Shown: positions 12,955-26,859 of the stretch, piece after piece
Numbering within the stretch: position 1 is the stretch's first letter
Layout: each line of letters starts with the position of its first letter
Origin: Octopus sinensis
Lineage: Eukaryota
Direction of reading: 5' to 3'
Length of the DNA: 64,000 bases
NCBI RefSeq assembly: GCF_006345805.1
Contig: NC_042997.1
Span: forward strand, 155,248,001 to 155,312,000
Position numbers and translations under genes: made by a program
Notes under the pieces: generated by a model
Seen by the model: only the letters and a program-made list of their open reading frames with translations
The model's database searches: none
Told to the model about the DNA's origin: nothing

Positions 12955-13230
12955 AAGGCACACGGCTTAGTGGTTAGGGTATTCAGCTCACGATCATAAG
13001 GTTGTGAGTTCAATTCCTAGCAACATGTTGTGCCCTTGAACAAGACACTTTATTTCATGTTGTTCCAGTCCACTCTGCTGGCAAAAATGAACAGTATCTG
13101 TATGTCAAAGGGCCAACCTTGCCCCATTCTGTTTCCCACTGAATCTCCCTGAGGTTACACTTGCATGTTAATTTCACAAGCGGGCTGTTCCATTGACCAG
13201 ATTGACTGGAATCCTCATCATCATAACCAG
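12955..13230 (+). mobile_element. tRNA-derived SINE family C. Other copies at ~140-330(-), 15249-15589(-), 15900-16050(-), 16640-16970(+), 20380-20690(-), 31100-31255(-), 63520-63722(-)
   Basis: Head gcacatggcttagtggttag...gtgagttcaattcc, followed by gtgtccttgagcaagacactttatttc. Confidence 0.8.
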
Positions 13231-13398
13231 CGAGAGCATCTGGTATTATAAATTATTGTCATACCACTAATCAGGTGGTTGAAATATTTAGTATCCATTG
13301 AAATAATAGCTTTTATGCTTGTAAAAACCAACATTCATGTATATGACTTTTGACAGAAGTAACTTTGAAAAATGTCTCTTAACTTTCATTTTTGGTTA

Positions 13399-14748
13399 TA
13401 TATCCTATAGTTTTTATCTACTATGAGGTCAAGAAAGGAATGTCTGTAGAGTAACTAGACGTACTAGAAAAATTTCTTTTAAATCACATCCTACTTTCTT
13501 AAAAAAGTTACATCTAATACTACATTATGTCAATTCCATTTTAAACCTTTCCTACCCATACATTTAATGCTACCAAATACATGAAGTATAGCAAGTAGGA
13601 AATATTTACAAAGATGTTCTCTCTCTGACAAACAACTTTGCTCAGGGCTTCTATACTCACATCTCCATCATGCTGAACTTACTTAAATAAGTAAGGAACA
13701 ATATCATGTTTTTTTTTTTCTATGATACTTGATACTAGTAATACTTGTCAGTGTCCAAGTAAGTGCGAAGTAAATTACTTTCATATTTATAAAAGCTCTT
13801 TTCACAGAATTTCTAAGCAACCAGCTGACATTCTTATAAAGTTCAATGTGGATAAGATTTCATACATATACATTTTTGCAAATAAATTTGAGAGCTGAAA
13901 GCAAACTTAGATGTATAGTACATTTGTTATTTCAATGAAGATATAATTACACTTTTTGTTTGCTGTTTTGTAAATAATTATCTGAACATTGCCTGGAAGG
14001 AAGTTGAAAGTCAAAAGCTTCTTGAAATGGAAATAAGTAGGATGTAGATTATTAAAAGAAAACTGCCAATTTAATTGAATCTCAAAAAATATAATAAAGA
14101 ACATGAACAAAAATTAAAAAAAAAAAACATAGTCGGGTTCACAACACTTATCTACATTCAAGTGTCCTGAAAAATGAGGCAAATTTGCCTCAAATTTTAC
14201 CATACAGTCTTGAAAAAGGAGGGATACATTGAAGATTATAATCCAAGATATGCAATGCAATGCCAGAAAGAAGCAGAGGGCAATATTGGCTGGAACATTT
14301 TTGATTATAAATTCACTCAATCAGGGCTAACTTCATTCACAAGAACACAACTATAATACTAGAGACTACTTAGGGTCAGCATTTTTTTCAACTAATTTCA
14401 TCTTCTTTGAGTCCTAATTACTATATTATACTTTTGCTAACTTCACTTTTACCATTACATAAGCCATCTAATATATCCTATAGTTTTTATCTACTGTGAG
14501 GTCAAGAAAGGAGTGTCTGTAGAGTAATTAGACCTACTAGAAAAATTTCTTTTAAATCACATCCTACATTCTTAAAAAGTTACATCTAATACTACATTAT
14601 GTCAATTCTATTTTACAACTTTCCTACCCATATATTTAGTGCTGGGGTGTAGCAGGTAGGAAATATTTACAAAGATGTTCTCTCTCTGACAAACAACTTT
14701 GCTCAAAGCTTCTATACTCACATCTCCATCATGGTGAACTTACTTAAA
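13399..14748. repeat. ~280-290 bp direct repeats (13399-13686 / 14472-14748) flanking ~785 bp
   Basis: Long identical runs, about 90% identity by eye. Confidence 0.9.
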
Positions 14749-15212
14749 TTTACAAGGATTATTAAATTATTTTGCCAACAGAGACCATTACTTGTTTCTT
14801 CAGACTTTAATCATTTTTTTTTCAACTCTAACGCATGACCTACCATTTTATGCCAAGTATATAAAATAGTTTGCTTCATTGAAATATAGGTGTATATTCA
14901 ACAAAAAAAATTAAGTAAAAAATAGTAAAACAATATTGAAATAAAAGAAGCATTTAATAGATCCAAATACATATTAGTTTTTAACTGTCAGTATTTCTAT
15001 ATGGCACATAAAAAGTACCCAATACACTATAAAATGATTGGTGTTGGGAAAAGCATCCAAACTGAGGAGAGCATGCCAAAGCAAACAATAGAGCAAGGCA
15101 CAGTTTTCTGGCTTGCTAGCTCCAAGCAAACCATCCAATCCATGCCAGCATGGAATATGGAAGTTAAACAATAACAACAACAATAATAATAATAATAATG
15201 ATAATAATAATA

Positions 15213-15249
<37 letters not shown>

Positions 15250-15588
15250 TCTGAGACCCTTTTCGGTCACGACACTGACAATGGGATTGCACCTAGAAAG
15301 TTACCCTCCCAGGCACAAGTCTGGGCGAAGTTGTTTATGGAAGACCAGCAGACACCCATGCATACTGGCCTCCCCTCTCCACACCACCAGTGTTACCCAA
15401 GGGAAAGGCAAGGGCTGATACAGCTTGGCACCTGTGAGATCGCAACTCATTTCTATAGGTGAGTGAACTGGAGCAACATGAAATAAAGTGTCTTGCTCAA
15501 GAACACAACACGCAGCCCGGTCCTGGATTTGAGCTCACAACCTCACGATCGCAAGCTCGATGCTGTAACCACTGAGCCATGCACCTTC

Positions 15589-15632
<44 letters not shown>

Positions 15633-15634
<2 letters not shown>

Positions 15635-15810
15635 GGAACTGAAACAGTGCCTCGTTGCAAAGAAAGCAAAGATGGTAAGATACAACCAAAGAATGAAGGG
15701 CTACCACCAGAATAGGTTATTCAGAGTAGATCAGAAGAGATTCTATAAAGAAATAAATGGAGAGGGTACAGATGAAAAGTTGATACCAGATAACAATGAA
15801 AGTCAAGAAT
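15633..15810 (+). mobile_element. R4/Dong-like non-LTR retrotransposon fragment
   Basis: ELKQCLVAKKAKMVRYNQRMKGYHQNRLFRVDQKRFYKEING (QN.LF...Q..FY pattern), abutting a (TAA)n tract. Confidence 0.55.
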
Positions 15811-17321
15811 ATATAAATATATCTCTTGGCAACAGAGTAATGTGTCACTGATGAAGATTAATCAAATCTGAATCATTGATGATACGATTCCATCTCATTT
15901 GCGATAGGGAGCTTGGCACTAATGACATCACAACTCATTTCTACAGCTGAGTGAACTAGAGTAACAGGAGATAAAATGTCTTGCTCAAAAACACAACACA
16001 CAGCCCGGCCTGGGAATCAAACTCACTACCCCACAATTGTGAGTTTGAAAATATAGAAAACATATATAGCATTTCATATTTCATAAAGCATACAATTGGT
16101 CCAGAAAACAGCCAGGATTAAATAATGGTTGAAACACCTAATCTTATTTATTCATCTCATCAATGAGTGTGTTAAATGCTCCATATATATTTTCCCCATT
16201 ATGCAAATTATCAACAAATTCACCTCCACTCACATTCTTGTCTAGCTGTTAGACAACTGATTGTCTGGAATTATCACCATAAATTTGACATTTCACCATC
16301 TGGTGCTGGGTTTTTGATTTATCACTAGACTATAGCTACAACTTTGTTCGTTATTTACAGACTTCATGCTTTATCCTTTTCTTCTCTCCCTCCTTCCTCT
16401 CTGTCATATACATTGGCAATGATATGAGAGCCCTTGAATATGTACACATGTCTTCCCACCTCTGTTTGAGGAAGACACAGCCTTGAACTTCTGTTATCTA
16501 TTTATTTATCTCCTACATCATGTGTCATTAGTGATGTTGTTCTATAATTTACATAATTATGTAACCCTGGCCTTTGTTAGCTGAAAGGATTTTGTGTTCT
16601 ACAAAATACCACATATGCTTTCTAGTGAAGGCACATCTGCTTAATAGTGAAGGCACATGGCTCAGTGGTCAGTTTTGGGCTCACAATCATGAGGTAATGA
16701 GTTTGATTCCCAGACCAGGCTGTGTGTTGTGCTCTGAAGCAAGACACTTTATTTCATGTTGCTCCACTTCACTCAGCTGTAGAAATGACTCGTGACATCA
16801 CAGGTACCAAGCTGTAAAGGACTTTGCCTGTCCCTTGAATAACATCAGTGGCATGGACAGGGGAGGCTGGTATGCATGGACGGCTGCTGGTCTTCCATGC
16901 CTCGGAGGGTAACTTTCTAGGAGCAATCTCATGGTCATTTATGACCAAAGGGGGTCTTTACCTCTTTTTTTTACCCTTTATTGATAACATTATCATGTGG
17001 CTCATATCCTGTACTTTAATGCTCAGTGTTTGTGCTGTACTGGATATAGGAGTGGCATGTAGGACCAACTACTGATCCTGAACTTTAGTTACATTTTACA
17101 CTTTCTAGTGAATATATATTCTATCTAAGTGTGTGTGTGTACAATGGGCATCTTTCAATTTCTGTCTACCAAATCTACTCACAAAGGCTTTGGTCATCTG
17201 AGGGCTGAACTCGAAACCATGTGGTTAAGAAACGAATTTCTTAAACACACAGCCATGCTTGTGCCATATTCTAAATGATAAAGGTAGTCGTGTTGGTTAT
17301 AAATATGTGTATATATATATA

Positions 17322-17354
<33 letters not shown>

Positions 17355-19233
17355 AACATTCAAACACTGAGATTTGAAATCAGATGTCACTACTGTTCAT
17401 ATCATCTGTGGATAAATTTTAAAATTGATGATATCCCCAGCAGTGACATAGGCGGATCGCAGGCACAAAGCATTAAATAGCTATGAATTATAAATTTTCA
17501 CGAAGCGTAATGATGCTTAACAAGCATCTACCTGCTAGAAATAAGAGCTAAAGTCTTAAATTAATCCACCGTACTGCACCAAGATAACAGAGAAAAACAG
17601 TATGCGAGGAAAACAGAAAGAATTAAAACATTTAACAGCACAAATAAAAATATTTTGCAATTAGGGATATCCACAAACCAGGTTTTGGCTTTTGGGTATT
17701 ATATATATACACACGCAGACAGGCAGACAGATAGATATAACATGAGTGAATCATATATTCAAAAAAGAAGCACATGCTAAATGTAAGAGCAATAATGTAT
17801 TTACAAAGCAACCAAGGTCCTATATAAATGGGAGCAGACAATGCACACTTTGAAAAGCAGAGTGGACAAGGATCCTTAATGACTTGCATGACTTGGAGAC
17901 CATTTAAACTCCAGAAATGAGGTTTATAGCCCTTGCCAGCATTTTAAATGCTACCTGCTGCAGGCATGAGATTCCCCAGTCTAAATAGCTAAGTTACGAC
18001 TCAGACATAACACCATTCTTAAAACTGTAAACACACACGCGCGCGCGTACACACACACACGCGTGCGTACACACACACACACAGATAGGATAAGCAATTG
18101 TTACTGGAAGCATCCATTACTCAGTCGTATAAACACAAAATCACATATCTAGCCATTCAGATGTGTGTGTGTGTGTGTGTGTGTGTGTATTTGTGTGTGT
18201 GTGCATGCACGTATGTGTACACACTTGTCTTCACATCCTGTAATGATTGTAAATGAGCATCCTTGTCATACAAGTAATGTTCATTTCCAGTCTTCCATGA
18301 AAATCATGTCTGGCCACGGGGAGATAATTCCTTGCTTGAAAACAAATGAAGGTTACAGACAGGAAAGGTACTCAGCTACAGAAATTTTGCCTCAAAAAGT
18401 TCCATCCAACCCATGCAAGCATGGAAAAGTGGACATTAAGTAATGATGATGTGGTGTCTACATATTATAGTGAGCACTAAAGATTAAAATTTTTTCAGAT
18501 AGTATGTTTCAAGTGTCATAGATTACAATTCACCAAAACAAAAGCGGAGAAGGCAATCACTGACTTCCCTTTTGAAATTTTTCAGTTTTGGATTGCTTTT
18601 GAACATTTTTTTTACATCTATGTTTACAACATCTGAGATTATGAACATATAAACATAAATCTGAAAAAAAATTTCAAAAAACATCAAAACTGAAAAATTA
18701 CAAAAGATGGGGTTGCAAAAATCTTCTCCATCATACCAAAATAATTTTTGTTTTTACTAAATCATATGCAACAATGCTGAAAACATATACATCCAAAGAA
18801 ATTTTAGTTTTCTGGAGCACTAGGCAATTTTCAATTTTATCTAACAGGACACGCGTGAGTTCAAAGAATGAAGCTATTAGAATAAAAGAACTTAAGACTA
18901 ATAGGATGACAAAAGTAATTATTGTACCAGATAATATCTGAGCAGTCATCGTCACAATAACCAAGCTACTTATAATTTCAAACACTTATTACAAGTAATT
19001 TATAACTACATTAAGTACTACAGAGTAGAATAGATTACATATACTTGACAATGAATATAGATCTTTAGGGATGGTTTGTGTACAAAAAAATAAAAATATA
19101 TTTATTATGCTTCTATAATGTACTAAATAACTTGCTAATTTTATCCTGTAAATATAACTTAAAGTGCATGAAATAATTAAGTACTGTTTTATTTTTATTT
19201 CTGTTTACTCTCAATGTATTTATGAAGCAAATT

Positions 19234-19364
19234 AAAATATTCTGACATACTGTATGTAAAATCAAAAATGGTATTATATTTGACTAATTTATTACCTTGT
19301 TTACTTAATTTTAGTCAAATATAATACCATTTTTGATTTTACATACAGTATGTCGCAATATTTT
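19234..19364. repeat. AT-rich palindrome: 44-bp perfect arms, 23-nt loop
   Basis: 19244-19287 versus 19311-19354 are exact reverse complements. Confidence 0.9.
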
Positions 19365-20039
19365 AATATAATATAAATAATTTAAACTACAAGAAATTAT
19401 TAAGTAATTAGATCTTTATTCAATAAATGAAATATAGCTGTGAAGATTTTATACTAAGAATTTCAAAGGCAGTGCACAGATAGAATCATTAGTACACAAG
19501 GCAAAATGCTTAACAGCAAAATGTTTAGCAGCCTTTTGTCTGTCTTTAAATTTAGAGTTCAAATTCTGCTATAGTCGACTTTGCCGTTCATCCTCTCAGG
19601 GTTGACAAAATAAGTACCAGCTGAACACTGAGGGTCTATAGAATCAACTTAGCCCCACCCCTAGAATTGCCAGCCTTGTGCCAAAATTTAAAATTTAGAA
19701 ATTTTTCACATACAAGTGTGGAACGGTACACCATCTAGGAATCACTGATTTACAATATTATTCTACTTCCATTTATTTCTGTTCTTACATGGACAAGACA
19801 CAAATATGAATTACTGCTATACTCTTTTACTTGTTTCAGTCATTTGTCTGCGGCCATGCTGGAGCACCGCCTTTCAGTCAAGCAAATCACACCCAGGATT
19901 TATTCTTTGTAAGCCTAGTACTTATTCTATTGGTCTCTTTTGCCGAACCGATAAGTTACGGGGACATAAACACACCAGCATTGGTTGTCAAGTGATGTTG
20001 TGGGAACAAACACAGAAACACAAACATATACACACATAC

Positions 20040-20089
<50 letters not shown>

Positions 20090-21054
20090 CAGGCTTCTTT
20101 CAGTTTCCGTCTACCAAATCCACTTACAAGGCTTTGGTCAGCCCGAGGGTATTGTAAAAGACACTTGCCGAAGGTGCCACACAGTGGGATTGAACCCAGA
20201 ACCATGTGGTTGGTAAGCAAGCTACTTACCACACAGCCACTTCTGCGCCTATGTTAACAGTGTTTTGTTTTCATTGCTACAATGTACTTAGAAAACAGCT
20301 GAATCAAATATTAAGTGACGAATATGAAAATTGGTCTATTCAGTTTACTTTTAACTCCTAATATTAATGGGTTCACAAATAACTGGGACTTTGTTGGTTA
20401 CAATGACAAGCATTCTAGTTGATGCAATCAATGGAATAGCCTGCTTGTGAAATTAACGTGCAAGTGGTTAAGAACTCCACAAACACACATACCCTTAAGC
20501 ATGACACCAAATGTGATAAGGCTGGCTCTTTGAAATACAGGTACTACTCATTTTTGCCAGCTGAGTGGACTGGAACAACATGAAATAAAGTGTCTTGTTC
20601 AAGGATACGACATGCCACCGGGTTTCGAACTCATGACATTACAATCTTGAGCTGAATGCCCTAACCATTAAGCCATGTGCCTTCACTGATTTACAAATAG
20701 TGTGTTCATAGATCGTTAGAGAGGTGCACAGTTGCTAACAAAGAGACCAATGAGATTGAAAACATGCATGCAACTTTTCAGGGATTTTTTTGTCCATGAA
20801 CATATTGAATAGAAAAATTGTTTACACTTGTCATAGCACACAGTTTTAGCTAATAAATCTACAGATATATTTTGCAGTATATTATAACAGATATGAATGT
20901 CTTTGAATCTCTCTCTTTCTCTCTTCTTATTCATTTATTTATTACTGCATTGAGATAAAACAGAAAAAAAAATGAGAAGAAAATGTTGAAAAATCAAATA
21001 TAACAAAGCTAATAATCTGATACCTGATTAACTTTCAAAAACCTTAGAAAAGAA

Positions 21055-21500
21055 AAGAAGTGTCCTTCTGTGACTTAAATCTTGAGGCTCTGGCTTCGTC
21101 CTTTATGTTGCACATTCTGGAAGACATCTTCTTCCAGAACAAGCCAGTTACATCTATAATAAAACCTGTTCTGGCTTGTATCCCTTGTCCTCAAAGATCT
21201 ACCTGAAGGTACTTCTCAGCAGCTTCTTTGTCGGCTGATGCTGTCTCTCCATGCAGAGAAACAAACTTTATTTTAAACCGTTTCTGGAAATGGTTAAACC
21301 ATCCCTTGTTGGCTTGAAAGTCTTCAGGCTCCAGGGCTTGGTTGTGGTCCTTCAGTGCCTCCTGCTCCGTCTCTTCTGTTGAACTGCTGGTATAATTTCC
21401 TCACATTCTCTCAGATGATGTTACCATTCAATGGAATGTTTTTCTTCTTGCAGTCACTGACCCACAATGCCAAGGCAGATTCCATTGTCTGGATCCCATA
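21055..21500 (-). pseudogene. Tigger/pogo transposase fragment (CENP-B HTH to start of DDE domain)
   Basis: IQTMESALALWVSDCKKKNIPLNG...FQANKGWFNHFQKRF...LHGETASADKEAA...YKPEQVF..D.TGLFWKKM, with stops and frameshifts. Confidence 0.9.
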
Positions 21501-24185
21501 TAGGAAAATATATATATATATATCATCATCGTCGTTTAACGTCTGTTTCCCATGCTAGCATGTGTTGGATGGTTCGACTGGGGTCTGGGAAGCTAGGAGG
21601 CTGCACCAGGCTCTAGTCTGATCTGGCAGTGTTTCTACAGCTGGATGGCCTTCCTAACGCCAACCACTCCGTGAGTGTAGTGGGTGCTTTTTACGTGCCA
21701 CTGACACAGAAGCCAGTCAAGGCGGCGCTGGCATCAGCCACATTCGGATGGTGCTTTTTATGTGCCACCGGCAGAGGTATCACAACTACAATTTCCATTT
21801 GATTTTTTGATGTTGATGTACTTGACTCAATAGGTCTCCGCAATATATATATATATATATACTTTAACTACAATGAGAAGTTTTTGTTGAGAGACAAATA
21901 CAGGGAGGGAGAGAGAGAGAGAGAGAGTGTGTGTGTGTGAAATATACATAGATGTCGCTATATTAATTAGAAAGCTTTGATTAAAAGCAGGAATAAGAGA
22001 TACAAGATACAGTGTACTTGTATCTAAAATAATCAAGTGACGTGATGTGCAGTTATTCTAATCAGAGGGAGCTTCAGCTGCGAAGGGACGTCCAATAAAC
22101 CAGCAAATACAGTATACTGTTACTAATAATTTAGCCTTGAAAAGTGTGAAAGAAGTCATAAGAAATTGCAGACAATATTTAAGATTCCACGAATAAGTGT
22201 GGGTACACTGTATATTTATTTATTGCTATATAGTAGCTGATGAACAATAGCATCATTGGTTACAAATTCTCAAAGACTTATCCCTGGTTCACTAAATTTC
22301 TGCTGATGAGAGTGAAGTGAGAGTTCCTGTAACTTGGTGCAGAACAAATACTGTAAAGGAGTCCATCTAGATGTGATAATTATGATGATAGTGAAGCATT
22401 TACATTACACAGGTACTGCCAATGAGAGAATCTTTGCATGTTGGTCAACCTGCTACAAATAGCAGCCAAATCTACCTCATATTACATCCTACCATCTTAA
22501 AAGAAAGGAAGAACACATTAGGTAATGCATTCTAGATATACTAAAATACATGATGGTTATGATAAGAACATCTTTAAATATAGATCTGCTTAATCCAGCC
22601 AGTGGCGTAGCTAGAGGGTGTGCCACCCAAGGCAAACCTTGAGTTTGCTGCCCTAACCCCTATACAGGCTAATGCAGCAGACCTAAAAGTGCTGTCCCCA
22701 TAAAGCAATGCCCAGGAAGACCCACCCTCATTGTATCTCCCTCCCACTTGTTATACCATTGACCAAGGTTGAACTGTGATTAAACAACAACACTGTTTAA
22801 CAGTCCAACTGAAGTTCTAGAATAGCTAAAATATTAAAAATATAACATCTTAGATTCAGAAAATATATCAAGAGTTGATAAAGAAACATTTTTGCTTCTT
22901 TTATGAAAGTTTAGCACAATTTCAAAGAATTCGTAACAACTGGTGGCAATACATTCTACAATATCAGGTCAATGTTTCATATACATTTTCCTATGACCAT
23001 TAAGTTTTGGAGAGACAGTTGCAATAAATCAGTCAAATAAGCTAAGAAGTTGCTGAAGTATGGAACAGACTGCCGGCATCAGTTGTTTGTTGTCGGAGCA
23101 CTGCATCCTTCAAAACTTCCATGCTTCCTGAGATTCGCCAACACTAAACCTGATTTTCTACCCTCCATACACACGCAAGCATGTATCTGACTCATACACT
23201 GTTCACTTTCCAGACATTTGTACATTACTGCATATTCTTTATACACACTTTTGACAAGTTGTGGTGCACCTGAACACTGTATACAATAATTTCATTATTA
23301 TTATTATAAGTTGGTAACCAAACTAGATTAACCAATGTGGAGGGTGTGCTTATTTAGAATGAGTTCAATAGTTTTTCATTTTTTTATCAGAGAATAATGA
23401 GGGAAAGATGGCATCAGAATGTTCCATTTTGGAAATAACATGAATAAAGAAAACATTTAAAATCTTATTTAGATGTTTTGAAGACACCAGCAGCTAAATT
23501 CTGGTCAAATGATATTTAGATAGAACAACTGTGCTTTATCTGTGTTCTGCTTTTCTTTTATTTATTTTGGTTTTAATGTATGCTTAGTCAGAAAATCAAT
23601 AAATTAATTTTGTCTTCAATGTTATTTGCACATTAATTAGGTTGCTATGTAAATGGAGGAATATTTTAATGTTTAGAGCAGGGATCAGGTGTGGGTGGGC
23701 TACAACTCACAAGTAAGCCATGGAAATGTTCTTTGTGGACTTCGGAGCTTTTCTAAAATTTTTTCAAATTTAATGCATTTGCAGGCCATTGAGAAATTGG
23801 TGGCTTTTAAATAGTCTTTTGTGTCATAATTTGTTTGATTTTTGTTTATATAAGTATTGCCAGAGATGAAAAATAGATGGGGAAACTGTTGTAAAGTGGG
23901 TTCCTCCCACTGGTGTGATGTGTGACTGCCATTGTACTGTAGTTGCTGTTTTACGCTAGTAACCATAATAGTTACTAGTCATCAGATACCATTGTACCTC
24001 TTCGTATTTGAATAGCAATACACTAACTTCTTCTGTCTTACTATCGCTGATAGCTCCACAAGACACTGACTAGAACTGTTGACCCTCAACTCTTCAACTT
24101 TTGACCCTCTCTTGACAACTGGCTACTGGTCTATTTATAATGGCTGATCAAATGATAAAATTAGATAAAACAACTGTGCTTTATC

Positions 24186-25712
24186 TCAATATTTTTTCTT
24201 CTTAGGGTCTACTTTTAGGAATTCAGTGTTCTTCTTTTTCCTTGTACGCATGGTTTTGACGTCGTCTAATGGTGTTCGAATCTGGAAAGTGTCATATAGC
24301 CAAACCATTGGTATTTCTACTCTTGTTGGTTCCTTTTTTATGACTCTTTCCTTAAGCTGATTTTTATGTCTCCTTTCCATTCCATCTCTGTATCTTACAT
24401 TGTATATCATTCTTCTTATGTATGTTACAATTTCTCCTTCTTCCCAGTATTGCTTGCCATTTTTGTACATTCTTACATATACCTTATCACCAATTCTAAA
24501 GAATTTTGGCATTTCTTTACTAGCTTGCATGTTTTTCTTCACTGATAAGAACTTATCGAATACTGACTTCACCTTTCTGGCAAACATTAATTCTGCTGAA
24601 CTTCCTTCTGGCACATTTGGGTTCAGAGTTACCCTATATACCCTTAAGAATTGTTGGATCACGACCTCATCTGTGGCTTCCTTAGCTTTCTTTAAAATTC
24701 TCTTAAAAGTGTCCCCAAACTGTTCAGCCCTTCCATTTGATCTCGGGTGATATGGTGCTATATTTTTATGTTCTAATGTGAACATCTCACAGAATCTTTT
24801 AAACTCACAGGATACAAACTGTGTTTCGTTATCAGAGACAATTATATCCAGTACACCAAATCTTGCAAACAGCTCATGTAAGAAGTTTATTATCATATAT
24901 GAGGTTGGTCATTTACACCTCATGATTTCAGGCCATTTTGTGAAGCTGTCCACTACTATTAAGTAATAATATCCATTTACCAGGCCTGCAAAATCGATAT
25001 GTAATCGAGACCAAGGTATTTTCACTTCCGGCCAAGGTTCACATTTTGTAGTAGGTAGTTTCTCTGCCAGCGCACATCCTCTGCAGCCTTTTACCAGGTT
25101 TTCAACTTCCTTGTCCATGCTTGGCCAGTATACAAAATTTTACATCAGTCCTTTCATTCTAGAGATACCTGGGTGTCCCACATGGAACCCTTTTAGCATT
25201 CTCTTCTGTAATGTCTGTGGTATGACTACCCTCTGAATGTAGATTAGTACACCATCACATATAGAGTGCATGCTCACATCTTGGCAGTTCTTTGCATCAG
25301 ACCTTTCTTTATTTCCTTTTATCAACCAGTTTTCTTTTTGTCTTATTAATAAATTTGTCATTTCTTGCATTTCTTTTTATTTCTTCCAAAGTTACAGGTA
25401 GTTCATGCACAATGTTCCACATCACTTTTTTGGTTTCCACTACTACTCTTAGTGCTGCTATTACAGTGTCCTCCAACAATCTGTTATTTCTTGGAATTAA
25501 CCTAAACAGACAATCAGCATGCCCCAACTTTTTTGAACGCAAATATTCCATTCTATAATCGTAGTTTAATAAAATGATACCCCACCACTGCAATCTGTTT
25601 GACATATGTGTCAGGATTCTTTTCTTGGATCCATATATTGTTATTAGAGGTCTATGATCCATTTCCAACCAAAAATGTCTGCCATGGATGAACCTGTGGA
25701 ACTTTTTAATTT
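24186..25712 (-). mobile_element. Gypsy/Ty3 LTR retrotransposon pol fragment (RNase H - integrase)
   Basis: KKFHRFIHGRHF..DHRPL; HVGHPGISRMK; CRGC; PWSRLHIDFAG..NGYYYLIVVDSFTKWPE; VSDNETQF; PYHPRSNG. Frameshifted. Confidence 0.92.
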
Positions 25713-26859
25713 TTACCAGGAGGGATATACAGTTTCACTATACAACAGAAATGAAGGGATATTTTCATATGTAAGTTATAATATACATATGGGCTATTAT
25801 TAAATGTAAAAAAGGTCAAAAGTGGGCCATTTCAAAAAGAAATAACTGATCCCTGAATTAACAAATGAAGTACATTTTCATATGTACTAAAACAAAAATG
25901 ATATTAGAATATTTTCACTAATATATAACCAAGTCGAACTACCATGAAGATAATAGAATATATAAAAAAAGGTGGCGAGCTGGCAAGCTGGCATAACATT
26001 TTGCATGCTGGGCAAAATGCTTAACAGTATTTCGTCTGTCTTTACGTTCTGAGTTCAAATTCCGCCAAGGTCGACTTTGCCTTTCGGGGTCGATAAATTA
26101 AGTACCAGTTACGCACTGGGGTCAATGAAATCGACTTTGTCTGTCCTCGTTTGTCCCTTCTATGTTTAGCCCCTTGTGGGCAATAAAGAAATAAGAATAT
26201 ATAAAAAAAAAAACGGAAGAAAAAACATTCAGCTGTTATTTACTTTTCTCCACACTACTAAATCAATGATTTAGTATATTTTCATAGCAATTAGCTTGCT
26301 AACAATTCAGCATGATATAGTATGGCTACACCTTGTTAAAGAGCTATCAATAAAATGTTTCTTTGTACTTGTCAATGAAAAGCATGATGACAGTCAGTGA
26401 ACTGTTACAACTTCCAATGTCAAGTGACATTAGACCAAATAGGTACAAATACGAGACAGGAACAAGAAACAGTCCCACTGAACCAATCTATTATGTGCAT
26501 AATAGATTAAGCAACAGTACACTTGTCTGTTTGTCTCTTGAATATATATTTAGTACAATTTCTTAGACTGTACTATTTATATCTCTATAAGACAGTTATT
26601 TAATGTAACAGTTTAAAATGCCCTACATAAAAATTATATATTATATACACCAATGTCAAACATTGCCTTATGTGTCAGGGTTCCTTTCTCGGATCTGTAT
26701 ATCATTATTAGAGGTCTATGGTCCATTTGCAACCAAAAGCGTCTGCTGTGAATGAACCTGTGGAACTTTTTACTTTTTATCGGGAGGGGTACACAGTTTC
26801 ACTATACAACAGAAATGAATGGATATTTTCATATATAAAATATAATATACATATGGGCT
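25606..26859. repeat. 190-bp local duplication (25606-25795 / 26670-26859) containing the Gypsy truncation junction
   Basis: Colinear without gaps, roughly 85% identity by eye. Confidence 0.85.
25969..26195 (+). mobile_element. SINE family A
   Basis: Same head and tail; flanked by the duplicated agaatatataaaaaaa. Confidence 0.85.

Noticed and set aside
14974-15685. Poly-I/L/N/Y ORFs and similar (CV)n, (YI)n, (HT)n ORFs across the window
   Set aside because: Translations of microsatellites.
18731-18985. Hydrophobic 84-aa ORF resembling a membrane segment
   Set aside because: No recognisable motif or convincing splice sites; explicable by AT-rich composition.
23503-24186. ~40-bp duplication (tcaaatgata..ttagata.aacaactgtgctttatct) next to the Gypsy end, considered as LTR or TSD
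   Set aside because: Too long and imperfect for a Gypsy TSD, with no TG...CA or PPT; likely a repair or duplication scar.
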